64,000 nucleotides of DNA from positions 128,001 through 192,000 of the forward strand of contig JBGAGQ010000004.1 of the NCBI GenBank assembly GCA_044226625.1, in the 5' to 3' direction. Under the pieces are notes generated by a model, which had not been told where the DNA came from, did not search any database, and saw only the letters and a list, made by a program, of their open reading frames with translations. The stretch comes from Thermoanaerobaculia bacterium. GTDB taxonomy: Bacteria > Acidobacteriota > Thermoanaerobaculia > Multivoradales > UBA5704. A program made the position numbers and the translations under genes. Positions 1-9,211 of the stretch are shown here, in pieces; the first letter of the stretch is position 1; the number at the start of each line of letters is the position of its first letter.

Positions 1-366
1 CACCAGGAAGCCGACGCCCGCGGCGATCAGGATCGACTTGCCGGGATTGTCGCGTACGTACTCGTTCGCCTGCGAGGTCACGTCGGACATGTTCGAGCGG
101 ACCTTGGCGTAGGTGCGGCGCGCGCCTTCGGCGGTCTCCTCGTACCGCTCCCGAGCCACGCGCGCTCCGCGGGCGAGCTCGCGGCGCGCTCGGTCGGCGC
201 CTTCGCGTACGTCGTCGGAAAGCTTGCGGTATTTCTCCTGCACACCGTCGGAAAAGCGGCTCGCGCGGCGACGCGCGTCGTCGAGGCCGCCCTCGACGAC
301 TTCGCGCACCGAGTCGACGGCACCTTCCAGGTGGTCCTTGACGTCGGTTAGATCTTTGCTGGCCAT
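1..366 (-). CDS. DUF883/ElaB/YqjD-family membrane-anchored protein (3' end runs off the window)
   Basis: Not in the ORF track. Manual translation from ATG 366: MASKDLTDVKDHLEGAV...ANEYVRDNPGKSILIAAGVGFLV. The C-terminal 'YVRDNP..S..IAAGVGFL' is the family signature. AAGGAGG RBS upstream. Confidence 0.85.
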   Translation of the reverse strand, partial: MASKDLTDVKDHLEGAVDSVREVVEGGLDDARRRASRFSDGVQEKYRKLSDDVREGADRARRELARGARVARERYEETAEGARRTYAKVRSNMSDVTSQANEYVRDNPGKSILIAAGVGFLV

Positions 367-532
367 TCGGTTTCCTCCTTCTGGCTGACTCGTTCGGTCC
401 GTTCGATGCCCCAAAACGTCCGATCGGGGGCTTCTTCTCTCTGGTGAGCAGGAACCATGCCGACCGGCATCCGGTCGTCCTGCCGCCCTCCAGCGCAAAG
501 CGATCCGACAGGTTAGACTCATCCTTGGAAAA

Positions 533-1927
533 ATGGCAACCGTCACATTTCACGGCGCCTGTGGCTGCGTCACCGGCAGCTCGACCGAGCTCGCCTGGAG
601 CGGACGGCGGCTGCTCGTCGATTGCGGCCTGTACCAGGGGGACGACGACCTCGAGCAGCGCAATTGGCGAAGCTTTCCGTTCCCCCCTCACGAAATCGAC
701 GCGGTGATCGTCACGCACGCCCACCTCGACCACACGGGCCTGTTGCCGCGTCTGGTCGCGCAAGGGTTCTCCGGAACCATCTATTGCACGAAGCCGAGCC
801 GCGCCCTGATCTCCCTGGTGCTCCAGGACGCGGCGACCCTCCAGGAGGAACAGGCCCGATTCGCCGCTAAGAAGGGCTATAGCCGGCACCCGAAACCCGA
901 GGCCCTCTATCGGGTCGAGGACGCGCGGCGCACCCTGCGCCTACTGCAAACTTTGCCGTTCGACGAGCCGCACGAGATCTTTCCGGGCATCGTCTTGCGC
1001 TATCGCCGTTCCGGCCATTTGCTGGGTGCCGCGACGGTCGAGATCACCGCGAAAGGTACCGAGGGGCGGCGCGACACCTGGTGTTTCTCGGGCGACGTCG
1101 GGCGTTTCGGCGTGCCGATCTTGCGCGATCCGGAGCCGCCGATCGCGGCCCCCTCGACGCTCGTCCTCGAATCGACGTACGGCGACCGCTTCCATCCCCA
1201 AGAAGACCCGAAGGCGCGGCTGGGCGACACGATCGAGCGGACGTTCGCGCGCGGCGGCACGGTGATAGTTCCCGCCTTCTCGCTGGGACGATCCCAGGAG
1301 CTGCTCTACCACCTGACGGAGCTCGCCGACGAGGGGCGACTTCCCGCCGACTCGGTTTTCCTCGACAGCCCGATGGCGATCGACGCCACGGACGCTTACG
1401 GCCACGCCGAGAGCGAGCACGACGAGGAGCTCGTCCGACGGATCGACGCGGGAGACGATCCGTTCGCGGTGGGGCGGTTCGCGCGCTGCCGAACGGTGAG
1501 CCAGTCGAAAGCCCTGAACGTGAGGACCGAGCCGGCGGTGATCGTGGCCGGCAGCGGCATGGCCAACGGCGGTCGGGTGGTCCACCACCTTCTGCACCGG
1601 CTGAGCGATCCTCGCAACACGGTGATCTTCGCCGGCTTCCAGGCCGCGGGAACGCGTGGCCGAGCGCTGGTCGAGGGGGCGGCCAGCGTCGGCATCCAGG
1701 GCAACCCCGTCCCGGTGCGCGCCGAGATCGTCCAGCTCCAGGGGCTCTCCGCGCACGCCGATCAGGCCGAGCTGCTGCGATGGGTCGCCGCCCTCCCGGC
1801 GGCCCCCGGCCGGATCTACCTCAATCATGGCGAGGACCCGCAGCGGAAAGCGCTCGCGGCGGCCCTTACCGCCGCGGGCACCGTCCGCCCCGATCTTCCG
1901 CTGCCGGAGGAGAGCGTGCCGTGGTAG
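533..1927 (+). CDS. MBL-fold beta-CASP metallo-hydrolase (RNase, YSH1/TTHA0252-like)
   Basis: Motifs VTGS, LVDCG, THAHLDHTG, SGHLLG, FSGD, ESTYG, LSAHAD and NHGE. Confidence 0.92.
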   Translation: MATVTFHGACGCVTGSSTELAWSGRRLLVDCGLYQGDDDLEQRNWRSFPFPPHEIDAVIVTHAHLDHTGLLPRLVAQGFSGTIYCTKPSRALISLVLQDAATLQEEQARFAAKKGYSRHPKPEALYRVEDARRTLRLLQTLPFDEPHEIFPGIVLRYRRSGHLLGAATVEITAKGTEGRRDTWCFSGDVGRFGVPILRDPEPPIAAPSTLVLESTYGDRFHPQEDPKARLGDTIERTFARGGTVIVPAFSLGRSQELLYHLTELADEGRLPADSVFLDSPMAIDATDAYGHAESEHDEELVRRIDAGDDPFAVGRFARCRTVSQSKALNVRTEPAVIVAGSGMANGGRVVHHLLHRLSDPRNTVIFAGFQAAGTRGRALVEGAASVGIQGNPVPVRAEIVQLQGLSAHADQAELLRWVAALPAAPGRIYLNHGEDPQRKALAAALTAAGTVRPDLPLPEESVPW

Positions 1928-3219
1928 CCGGCGAGCCCCCGGCCCAACTCCCGCGCGAGCAGCCATCGTTTCCCGCGCGGATCGCGAGATTTTTCGGTCT
2001 TTCGCTGCGCCAGGCCAACGAGGATTCGATCCTGCTCACGGCGTCGGCGCTCGCCTTCGTCACCGTGCTGTCGCTGATCCCTTTGCTCGCCGCGCTCTCC
2101 TATGTCGGCGCCCGGGTCTTCAGCCAGTACCAGCAGAGAAGCTTCGAGGTCTTCGTCCAGATCCTCCCCTACGCGGAAAAGCCGATCACCGACAAGCTGG
2201 CGGAGTTCCTCGCCCAGGCCCGCGCGCTCCACGGGTTCGGGGTGGCGGCGTTCTTCATCACCGCGATGATGGTCTTTTCGACCATCGAACGGACGATCAA
2301 CCGGATCTGGAACGTCGCCCGTCACCGGCCTATCCGTGTGCGCCTCGCCACCTACCTGCTGCTCATGTTCTGGGGACCGGCGCTGCTCGCGGCGACGTTC
2401 TCGAGCCTGATCCTCCTGCGGCAGAGCCCGGCGCTCCGGCAGCTGGTCCAGCGTTCGGTGCTGCTCGGCATGCTGCCGTTCACGGCGGCCCTGGTCGGGC
2501 TGGTCATGCTCTACTGGTTCGTGCCTTACACGCCGGTGCGGTTTCGCAACGCGCTCGCCGGCGCGCTCGTCGCGGCGATCCTCCTCGAGCTCCTCCGCTT
2601 CGGTTTCGGCCTCTACGTCGACTTCTTCCGCAACGTCAGCGCGGTCTACGGGAGCTTCGCTTTCGCGCTGCTCTTCATGCTCTCGATCGAGCTGACCTGG
2701 GCGATCATCCTGTACGGCGCCGAGGTGGCCTACACGGCGCAGCATTTCCACATCCTCTCCCTCGGCCTCTACCGACATCCGCCCATGCAAGCCGCCTGGG
2801 TGGGGCTCGCCGCGATCGCGGTCATCTCGGGACGGTTCATCCGCGGCGAAAAGAGCCTCACGGAGGACGAGCTCGCCTCCCGTCTCAAGGTTTCGCCCGG
2901 CGAGCTCGACCGGGTGCTGAACCCGCTGCTCACCCACGATCTCCTCCGACGGACCCAGGCCGGCGAGCCCGGCTACCTGCTCGCCGCCGATCCGCACGAG
3001 ATCTCTCTCGATCAGGTTTTCCAGGCCTACGATCACCGGGCCCGGCGTGCCGTCCAGCCGCTCGCCCTCGACCTGCGGCGCCGGCTGGAGGCGCTCGTCG
3101 ACGGCACCGCGACCACCCGAGAAAGCGCCCTAGGAAAGACCACCGTCGCGGATCTCCTGCGGACCGACGAAGAGACGCTGACGCTGCTCCCCGCGCTGTC
3201 GGCCACCCCGAAGACCTGA
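1921..3219 (+). CDS. YihY/BrkB-family inner membrane protein with a C-terminal Rrf2-like winged helix
   Basis: ASALAFVTVLSLIP, 'TINRIW', 'YGSFA' and about 6 TM segments. GTG 1921 overlaps the upstream stop; the 712-aa track ORF is over-extended. Confidence 0.85.
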   Translation: MVAGEPPAQLPREQPSFPARIARFFGLSLRQANEDSILLTASALAFVTVLSLIPLLAALSYVGARVFSQYQQRSFEVFVQILPYAEKPITDKLAEFLAQARALHGFGVAAFFITAMMVFSTIERTINRIWNVARHRPIRVRLATYLLLMFWGPALLAATFSSLILLRQSPALRQLVQRSVLLGMLPFTAALVGLVMLYWFVPYTPVRFRNALAGALVAAILLELLRFGFGLYVDFFRNVSAVYGSFAFALLFMLSIELTWAIILYGAEVAYTAQHFHILSLGLYRHPPMQAAWVGLAAIAVISGRFIRGEKSLTEDELASRLKVSPGELDRVLNPLLTHDLLRRTQAGEPGYLLAADPHEISLDQVFQAYDHRARRAVQPLALDLRRRLEALVDGTATTRESALGKTTVADLLRTDEETLTLLPALSATPKT

Positions 3220-3574
3220 CCGCTTCCGGCGCGGGCGATCTCCGCGGACCGGGCCGGGCGGGGTTTTCTTCCCGATCCCAGTCCCGAATCCGGTCTCGGC
3301 CCGGATCGACCGCCCTTTGCGTTCAGGATCGGCCATGCGGTGAGTCGGAGGCGGAGGCTTCCGAGCTTCCTACCTCTCGGTGAGGGAGCGCCGTTGCGCC
3401 CGCTCCGCCCAAGAGCGGCAAGGAAGGGCCGTTCCTAGCTCGGAGCGTAGGTCCGGGTCGCCGGATGTTCCGGGCGAGGGTGGAAATCGATTGCCGGGGC
3501 GCCGCTTCGCTGGGCTCGTGCCAGGGCGGAGGGGGTGCCCAAAGACGCTCTTGGTTAGAGCGTTCGTGCCAATG

Positions 3575-3605
3575 AAAACGGGCCGAGGGTTGCCCCTCGG
3601 CCCGT
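3575..3605 (-). terminator. Intrinsic terminator of the 3643..4941 gene
   Basis: Minus strand reads ACGGGCCGAGGG-GCAA-CCCTCGGCCCGT-TTT: perfect 12-bp stem, GNRA loop, short U tract. Confidence 0.8.
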
Positions 3606-3642
3606 GGTGCTTTCGGTTCGGCCGGCGAACCGGCCGTTCCGG

Positions 3643-4941
3643 TTAGCCGATCAGACGATGGCTGGCGGCGCAGGCGCTGTCGAGCTGGATGGCGTCGAAT
3701 CCGACGCTGAACCGGCCCGAAGCATCCATGACAACCGTCACCCAAGCCTGAGCAGCCGCCGGATCCTCCGGCGGATTGCTTCCCGCCGCGGCGACCGTCG
3801 TGTTCAGGTTCAGGAAGATCCAGCCGAAGTCGAACGACACCGGGAAGTCCTCACCGTCCACGTCCGTGCGCTGGGCCTCGGCCGGGAACGGAATCAGGAA
3901 GTCGCCCGGAGGCGGCGGCGAGAACGGCGGAACCTGCTGAAGCTCCGGATTCTCCATCTCGTCGAAGATCACGATCTGCTCTTCGCCGAGCGGATACCAC
4001 GCCGGAAGCGTGCCGCACTTGAACGCGTTCTGGTCGACCTTCGAGTCGCGCCACACGACGTAGTTCGTACCGCCGGTGAACGCACCGCCGTTGATGTAGC
4101 GAGCGGCGAAGTTGGTCGTGAGCGGCTCGCGGTTGTCCGCCGCCGTCCAGTTCACGTAACGACCGTAGAAGGTGTACTGGCCCGGGACCGAGGTCTCCGG
4201 ATTCAAGCCGTCCGCCTGGATGTGGACGAGCGTCTCACCCTGAGCGAAGTTCTCGCCCGAGTTGACGTAGAAGTAGTCGCCCCACAGCACGTTCTGGTTC
4301 GTCGCGTCGCCCGAACCGCCGGACACGAAGTAGCCGGCGTCACCCGGGAAGCGCAGGGTGCAGTTGTTGACCGTGTCGACCGTGATGTAGCCACGGGCGA
4401 TGTTGTCGCCGAAGGCGCGGCCGGCGCAGCCGTTGAGGATGGCCGAGAACTGGCCCGTGTGCGACGCACGGAGGTGGGTCACGAACGAAGCCGGAACCGC
4501 GGGCGGCGGCAGCTGGCCGTTGCAGCTCGCGAAGTTGATGTCCTGCGAGAAGGCGCCGTGGTGGCTGATGGTGTCACCCGGGTCCTGACCCGCCGACGCG
4601 GTGCGCGGCACCGTGCCGTTGAAGATGTCGCGGATGCTGATGGTCTGGACGTCGTAGCCCGTCAGGTAGATGTTGAAGTCGAAGGTCGGGACCGACAGGT
4701 CCGACCAGAGGACGACGTGGGCGAGAACCGCCGTCGCCGAGGCGTTGTTGATCGAGAACAGCGTGTTGATGCCGTCGGCGCTGTTCAGGTCGACTTCGAA
4801 GTACGGCAGCAGCAGGGTCGCCGCCGGCGAATCTTCGATCGTGCAGATGAACGGCGGGCCGTTCACCCCGGCGGCTTGAGCCTGAAGGCCCGCCGCCCCG
4901 ACCGCTGCGAGCAGCAGGCCGAATACCAAAATCTTCTTCAT
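3643..4941 (-). CDS. Secreted protein of unknown function, candidate abundant surface/S-layer protein
   Basis: Sec signal (MKKILVFGLLLAAVGAAGLQAQA), GGAGGAG RBS, strongly C/G-ending codons, own terminator, N/T/G/F/D-rich beta-type composition, 6 Cys. Confidence 0.85.
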   Translation of the reverse strand: MKKILVFGLLLAAVGAAGLQAQAAGVNGPPFICTIEDSPAATLLLPYFEVDLNSADGINTLFSINNASATAVLAHVVLWSDLSVPTFDFNIYLTGYDVQTISIRDIFNGTVPRTASAGQDPGDTISHHGAFSQDINFASCNGQLPPPAVPASFVTHLRASHTGQFSAILNGCAGRAFGDNIARGYITVDTVNNCTLRFPGDAGYFVSGGSGDATNQNVLWGDYFYVNSGENFAQGETLVHIQADGLNPETSVPGQYTFYGRYVNWTAADNREPLTTNFAARYINGGAFTGGTNYVVWRDSKVDQNAFKCGTLPAWYPLGEEQIVIFDEMENPELQQVPPFSPPPPGDFLIPFPAEAQRTDVDGEDFPVSFDFGWIFLNLNTTVAAAGSNPPEDPAAAQAWVTVVMDASGRFSVGFDAIQLDSACAASHRLIG

Positions 4942-5124
4942 CGTTCGTCTCCTCCGATATCGGCGTAGGGCGAGAGGGAAGACACATCCCTCCTAAATGC
5001 CCGACTCCAGGATTGGTGGTCTACTGAAACTGCACCGTAGCTTAGCGCGGAAAATGTCAGAAGGCCATGGAAAAATCAACCCCCCGAGAACTTTACCGGG
5101 ATTCCGCCCCTCCGGTCGCCGCGC

Positions 5125-5153
5125 TTGCCCTCGACCGATCACCTCTGTACAAT
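5125..5153 (+). promoter_or_regulatory. Sigma70-type promoter of tRNA-Ala
   Basis: TTGCCC-17 nt-TACAAT followed by a GC-rich discriminator (CCGCGGC), typical of stable-RNA promoters. Confidence 0.75.
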
Positions 5154-5171
5154 CCGCGGCCTCCCGCCCGT

Positions 5172-5247
5172 GGGGCAGTAGCTCAGCTGGGAGAGCACCA
5201 CGTTCGCAACGTGGGGGTCGAGGGTTCGAATCCCTTCTGCTCCACCA
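5172..5247 (+). tRNA. tRNA-Ala (anticodon CGC)
   Basis: 76-nt cloverleaf: GGGGCAG/CTGCTCC acceptor stem with the G3:U70 alanine determinant, anticodon arm CCACG-TTCGCAA-CGTGG, GTTCGAATC T-loop, encoded CCA. Confidence 0.97.
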
Positions 5248-5250
5248 TTA

Positions 5251-5320
5251 CTCGCTTCGCTCGTTTCTGGCGGAGCCGAAGGGCTTCGGTCGCGGCGGCC
5301 TCGCCTTTGGCTCGGCCGCC
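5251..5320. repeat. REP-like palindromic hairpins downstream of the tRNA
   Basis: CTCGCTTCGCTCG, GCCGAAG-GG-CTTCGGT and GGCGGCC-tcgcctttggctc-GGCCGCC. Confidence 0.4.
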
Positions 5321-5465
5321 TTGGTGCGAATGCCCAGGTTTAGGCACTCTCCGGACGACAAATTGAACATTTTTGGCTCGTTCCCTGGGGCCAAGGCTCG
5401 CTTAGAAGGTAGATTGCTCCTCCTAGGCCTGCGCTGCGGCGGCGTGGTTCGTCCTGGAACATTCA

Positions 5466-5981
5466 ATGCGCGTTGAACGGCAGATCGAGCTCCTGGATGG
5501 GGAGCGGTTGGCTTTGCTCGAGTGGGTGGAAGGCCTTCCCTTGGATCGGATCTCTCGGCGGCCGGGGGCGGGGAAGTGGTCGATCCTGGAGATCGTCGAG
5601 CACCTGGTGGCGGCGCAACGGGTGGTTTTTATGGACTTTCCGCCTCTGGAGAGCCTGGTCGCGCGGCGGCCTTGGCTCAAGCAGCGGTTTGCTTATCGGG
5701 CGGTTTGGTTCGTGCTGAGGTTCAAGATTCGGGTAAAGGCGCCGTCTCCGAAAATGCTGCCTCAGGGGGAGAAGTCGCTCGGGGAGCTGCGGACGGATTG
5801 GGACCGGGGCTTGGCGCGGATTCGGTCGTATGCCGCCGAGATGGGGGCGGATGGAGCGCGGCGGGCCCTGTTTCGGCATCCGATCGCCGGGCCGATCAGC
5901 CTGACGCAGGCGGTCGCGCTCGACCGGCTGCACGTGGCGGATCACCGGGCGCAGATCGAGCGCCTGGCAGCCGAAGGGTAG
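5466..5981 (+). CDS. DinB-family protein
   Basis: 'GKWSILEIVEHL', 'HPIAGPIS' and 'HVADHRAQI' His triad. Confidence 0.85.
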   Translation: MRVERQIELLDGERLALLEWVEGLPLDRISRRPGAGKWSILEIVEHLVAAQRVVFMDFPPLESLVARRPWLKQRFAYRAVWFVLRFKIRVKAPSPKMLPQGEKSLGELRTDWDRGLARIRSYAAEMGADGARRALFRHPIAGPISLTQAVALDRLHVADHRAQIERLAAEG

Positions 5982-5984
5982 AGC

Positions 5985-7586
5985 TCAGGGGCGGGGCAAG
6001 GGATCGAGCGCTTCGAACGCTCTCGCCAGCCAATCGTCCGGCGTCGGCCCCCAGTGGGTCATCCCGGGTACTTCCAGATAGGTGACGTGGGTGAAATCGT
6101 CGCGGCGCAGCTCCGCGTCGACCGCTCGGGTGGAAGCTCGGTTGTAGTCGCGTTCCCCGGTGATCAGGACCAGGCGGCCGCGCTCTCGGGCGAGGCGCAG
6201 CAGGTCGGTCGGGGGCTTGTGGAAAGGCGCGATCCAGCTCGCTCCGGGTTTGTCGGTGACCTGGAGGTCGCGGTACCAATCGACCCCCATGAACATCAAC
6301 CCACCACGGAAGACGTCGGGATAGAGGATCGACAGCGCGCTCGCGGCTCGGCTGCCGCCCGAATGACCGGCGATGTAGGTGCGGGCCGGGTCGATGGGAT
6401 AGAGGCGGCGCATCTGCTCGACCGCGTCGAGCGCGAGCCCCCACCGGTCCAGTCGGATCCTGTCGTTGCCGGAGCGGTCGGCGCCGATCCAGATCATCCG
6501 CCGCGCGGAAAGCACGCTTTCGAGCGTCGGTCCGGCGACCTGGGACAAGCCGCCGTATTCCCAGGGCGAAACCCAGACCATCAGGCCCCAGCCCTCCTTC
6601 GGTGGCTCCCCGGCGGGGACGGTGACCTGGAAGCTCTCGTCGGCGAGCCGATAGGAGAGCGCGCGCGGCGTTTCCGCGAGTACGCTCTTCCGGTCGAGGC
6701 CGGCGCGCCGCAGAACCTCCGGCAAGGCGCTCCAGGCCGACCGTTCCTCGAACGCCACCTTGTAGGTGCCGGAACGGCCGGCACGGGGCGCCTCCGCCGG
6801 CGCGGCGAGGCGCGCGGCGAGCGCCGGGGGGAGCTGTTCGCGGGTCGACTCCTCGGCGATCGGCGGGAGGGACCCGGCTTCGAGGGCCGCGAGGAACGAG
6901 TCGGCCGCGGCGGGCTCCCCTTTCTGTTCGAGCAGCAGGCGGAGCAGCTTTCGCAGCTCGCCGTCGTCCGGGGCGATGCGGAGCCCCGTTTCCACCGCCT
7001 CCACCGCCTTTCCGAGATCCCCTTCCAGATACCAGGTGCGGGCGATCGCGCGCAGGACCTCGGGGCGCTCCTTCCGCGGCAGCGTCCGGAGCGCTTTCTC
7101 GTATTCGTCTCGCGCGGCCGAGGTCTGCCCCTGGGCCAGGAGGGCGTTGGCCTTGGCCAACCAGGAATAGATGGTGTGGGGAACCTCGGCGCCTCCTGGG
7201 GTCGCCTCGGAGAGCGGCCGGAGCCGAAGCTGGACCACCTTGCCCGGCCCCTCCTCGGCGACGTCGACCCATCCTTCCGCGTCGATCCATCCCGCGGCTT
7301 GGACTGTCAGCCGCCAACGGCCGGCCGCGAGCCCCAGGAACGACCAGCGCCCGGCGGAATCGGTAGTCGCGGGCGGCGGCCCGGCGCCCTCTCCCTCGCC
7401 GATCCGAAGGGTCACCTTCGCGTTCGCGAGCGGCTTGCCGTCGGCGTCCAAGACCCTGCCGTTCGCCCGACCCAGACCGGCGGTCACCGGCCGCTTCTCT
7501 TCCGCCGCGGCTCCCGCCGCCGAGAGGACCCTCGAGACGAGCAGAAAGGCAATCCCGAGGCGACGGACGCGAGTCATCCAGGGCAT
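5985..7586 (-). CDS. Secreted protein: carboxypeptidase-regulatory-like domain + TPR + alpha/beta-hydrolase (esterase-like)
   Basis: Signal peptide, 'GRVLDADGKPLANAKVTL...TDSAGRW', TPR-like helices, GHSGG nucleophile elbow, 'GERD' and 'GMTH'. Start uncertain (7577/7586/7643). Confidence 0.75.
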   Translation of the reverse strand: MPWMTRVRRLGIAFLLVSRVLSAAGAAAEEKRPVTAGLGRANGRVLDADGKPLANAKVTLRIGEGEGAGPPPATTDSAGRWSFLGLAAGRWRLTVQAAGWIDAEGWVDVAEEGPGKVVQLRLRPLSEATPGGAEVPHTIYSWLAKANALLAQGQTSAARDEYEKALRTLPRKERPEVLRAIARTWYLEGDLGKAVEAVETGLRIAPDDGELRKLLRLLLEQKGEPAAADSFLAALEAGSLPPIAEESTREQLPPALAARLAAPAEAPRAGRSGTYKVAFEERSAWSALPEVLRRAGLDRKSVLAETPRALSYRLADESFQVTVPAGEPPKEGWGLMVWVSPWEYGGLSQVAGPTLESVLSARRMIWIGADRSGNDRIRLDRWGLALDAVEQMRRLYPIDPARTYIAGHSGGSRAASALSILYPDVFRGGLMFMGVDWYRDLQVTDKPGASWIAPFHKPPTDLLRLARERGRLVLITGERDYNRASTRAVDAELRRDDFTHVTYLEVPGMTHWGPTPDDWLARAFEALDPLPRP

Positions 7587-7716
7587 CACGCGATACGACG
7601 AAACGTCGGAACCCTCGAAAGTCGCCAAGGCACGCCCCCTCATCCGAAATCAGGAGGGAGGGTAGGACGTGCGGGCGCACGGGTCAATTCCGTTCGACCC
7701 GGACCTCTGGGCCGGC

Positions 7717-9189
7717 CTACGGCATGGCGGTGCCGCTCCCCTGCGCCCAGGCGAGGGCCGGATCCGAAGTCTTTTCCATCCGGGCGCGAAGACGCCCTCG
7801 CAGCTCGGCCAATACCCCGCCAAGGGCTGGGTCGCCGATTCGGTTGTGGGTCTCGGCCGGGTCGGCGCGGAGGTCGTAGAGCTCCTCCCCTCGGCGGGGG
7901 TCCTTCCAGACGATCAGCTTGTGCGCGGGGGTTCGGATCACGCGATAGGCGAGCCCGCCGAACTTTTCGCTCTTCTCGTCCGCCCACTCCGAGTAGGACT
8001 CCTCGATCCTCGAAGATCCTCCGATCGCGTCGACCAGATCGCGTCCGGGCCAGGTGAGAGGGACCGGCAGCCCGGCGAGACGGAGCAAGGTCGGAGGCAA
8101 GTCCATGCTGGAAACCGGAAGGTCGGACGCCATCCCCCGGGACCAGCCGGGGCCGTCGATCAGGAACGGCACGCGCAACGAGCTTTCGTAAGGCACCTGC
8201 TTGCCGTCCGCTCCGGAATCGGGACCTCCGAGCCCCCGCTCACCCATCATGTAGCCGTTGTCGCCCAAGAAGACGACGACCGTACGGTCCGCGAGTCCGG
8301 CCTTTCCGAGTGCCGCGAGGACGCGCCCGAGCTGTTCGTCGAGAAAGCTGACGGCTTCGTCGTAGTGGCGCCAGTCGTTCGCCTCGACGTCGGACGGGAA
8401 ACCGGGCGGCCGGAGCTCCATCTCGTTTCGGCCCGCGTACAGGGCCTCGATCCGCTCCGGATTGGGCTGGTAAGGAGTGTGCGGCGCCGTAAAGCCGAGC
8501 CAGAGGAGAAAGGGTCCCGACCGCGCCGTCTCGCCGCTCAGGAAGTCGATCGCGTCGTCGGCAAAGATCTCTTGGGTATAGCCAGGGATCTTCCGATGCG
8601 GCGGCTCCCGTTCGGCGCTCGGTCCCGAGACGAGCTCCGGATCCCGGAAATCGGATCCTCCCTCGGGCAGCCAGGTCCGCACCTCGGAAAACCCACACTC
8701 GCCAGGGGGCGCCGGAAGATGCCACTTGCCGACCAGCACGGTCCGGTACCCCGCGTCGCGGAGCAAGCCAGGCAACGTCGGCCGTCGGCAGAGCCGCTCG
8801 TCGCTTCCCGGTTCCTGGTAGCGGGTCGAATAGATGCCGTGGAGGAAAGCCGGCAGGCCGGTGATCAAGCTCGCGCGAACCGGATGGCATTGCGAGACCG
8901 AAACCGTGGCCTGCCGAAAATACACGCCCCGGCTCGCCATGGCGTCGAGCACGGGAGTAACGATCCAGGGATTCCCGGCGGCGCCCACGGCGTCCCAACG
9001 ATGATCGTCCGACAGGACGACGACGAGGTTCGGGCGACTCGAGAGCTCCCGGCCCCCGGCCGGTCCCGAGCTCCCCGTCGGTTCCGGAAGGTTCTGGACT
9101 GGCCTACCGTGGCCGGCGCTTTGGCACGCCCACGAGAGGGCGGCGCCCAAGAGCGCCGCGACGATCGATCCGCATCTTTTGGAAAACAT
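7717..9189 (-). CDS. Sulfatase (formylglycine-dependent), probable lipoprotein
   Basis: RPNLVVVLSDDH, CxPxR motif (CHPVRASLITG), VGKWHL, APH, GDNG, 'ELYDLRADPAE'. Confidence 0.92.
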   Translation of the reverse strand: MFSKRCGSIVAALLGAALSWACQSAGHGRPVQNLPEPTGSSGPAGGRELSSRPNLVVVLSDDHRWDAVGAAGNPWIVTPVLDAMASRGVYFRQATVSVSQCHPVRASLITGLPAFLHGIYSTRYQEPGSDERLCRRPTLPGLLRDAGYRTVLVGKWHLPAPPGECGFSEVRTWLPEGGSDFRDPELVSGPSAEREPPHRKIPGYTQEIFADDAIDFLSGETARSGPFLLWLGFTAPHTPYQPNPERIEALYAGRNEMELRPPGFPSDVEANDWRHYDEAVSFLDEQLGRVLAALGKAGLADRTVVVFLGDNGYMMGERGLGGPDSGADGKQVPYESSLRVPFLIDGPGWSRGMASDLPVSSMDLPPTLLRLAGLPVPLTWPGRDLVDAIGGSSRIEESYSEWADEKSEKFGGLAYRVIRTPAHKLIVWKDPRRGEELYDLRADPAETHNRIGDPALGGVLAELRGRLRARMEKTSDPALAWAQGSGTAMP

Positions 9190-9211
9190 GCTCCTTCTAC
9201 GCGGTTCGGAA

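Noticed and set aside
1081-1920. N-terminal extension of the YihY ORF (712 aa)
   Set aside because: Off-frame overlap with the beta-CASP gene; family similarity starts only after GTG 1921.
3220-3570. Possible ncRNA or small gene in the GC-rich intergenic region
   Set aside because: Several short stems, but nothing matching an RNA family I recognise and no convincing ORF; would need a covariance-model search.
5172-7700. Integrative element or prophage at tRNA-Ala
   Set aside because: No integrase, phage genes or att duplication seen.
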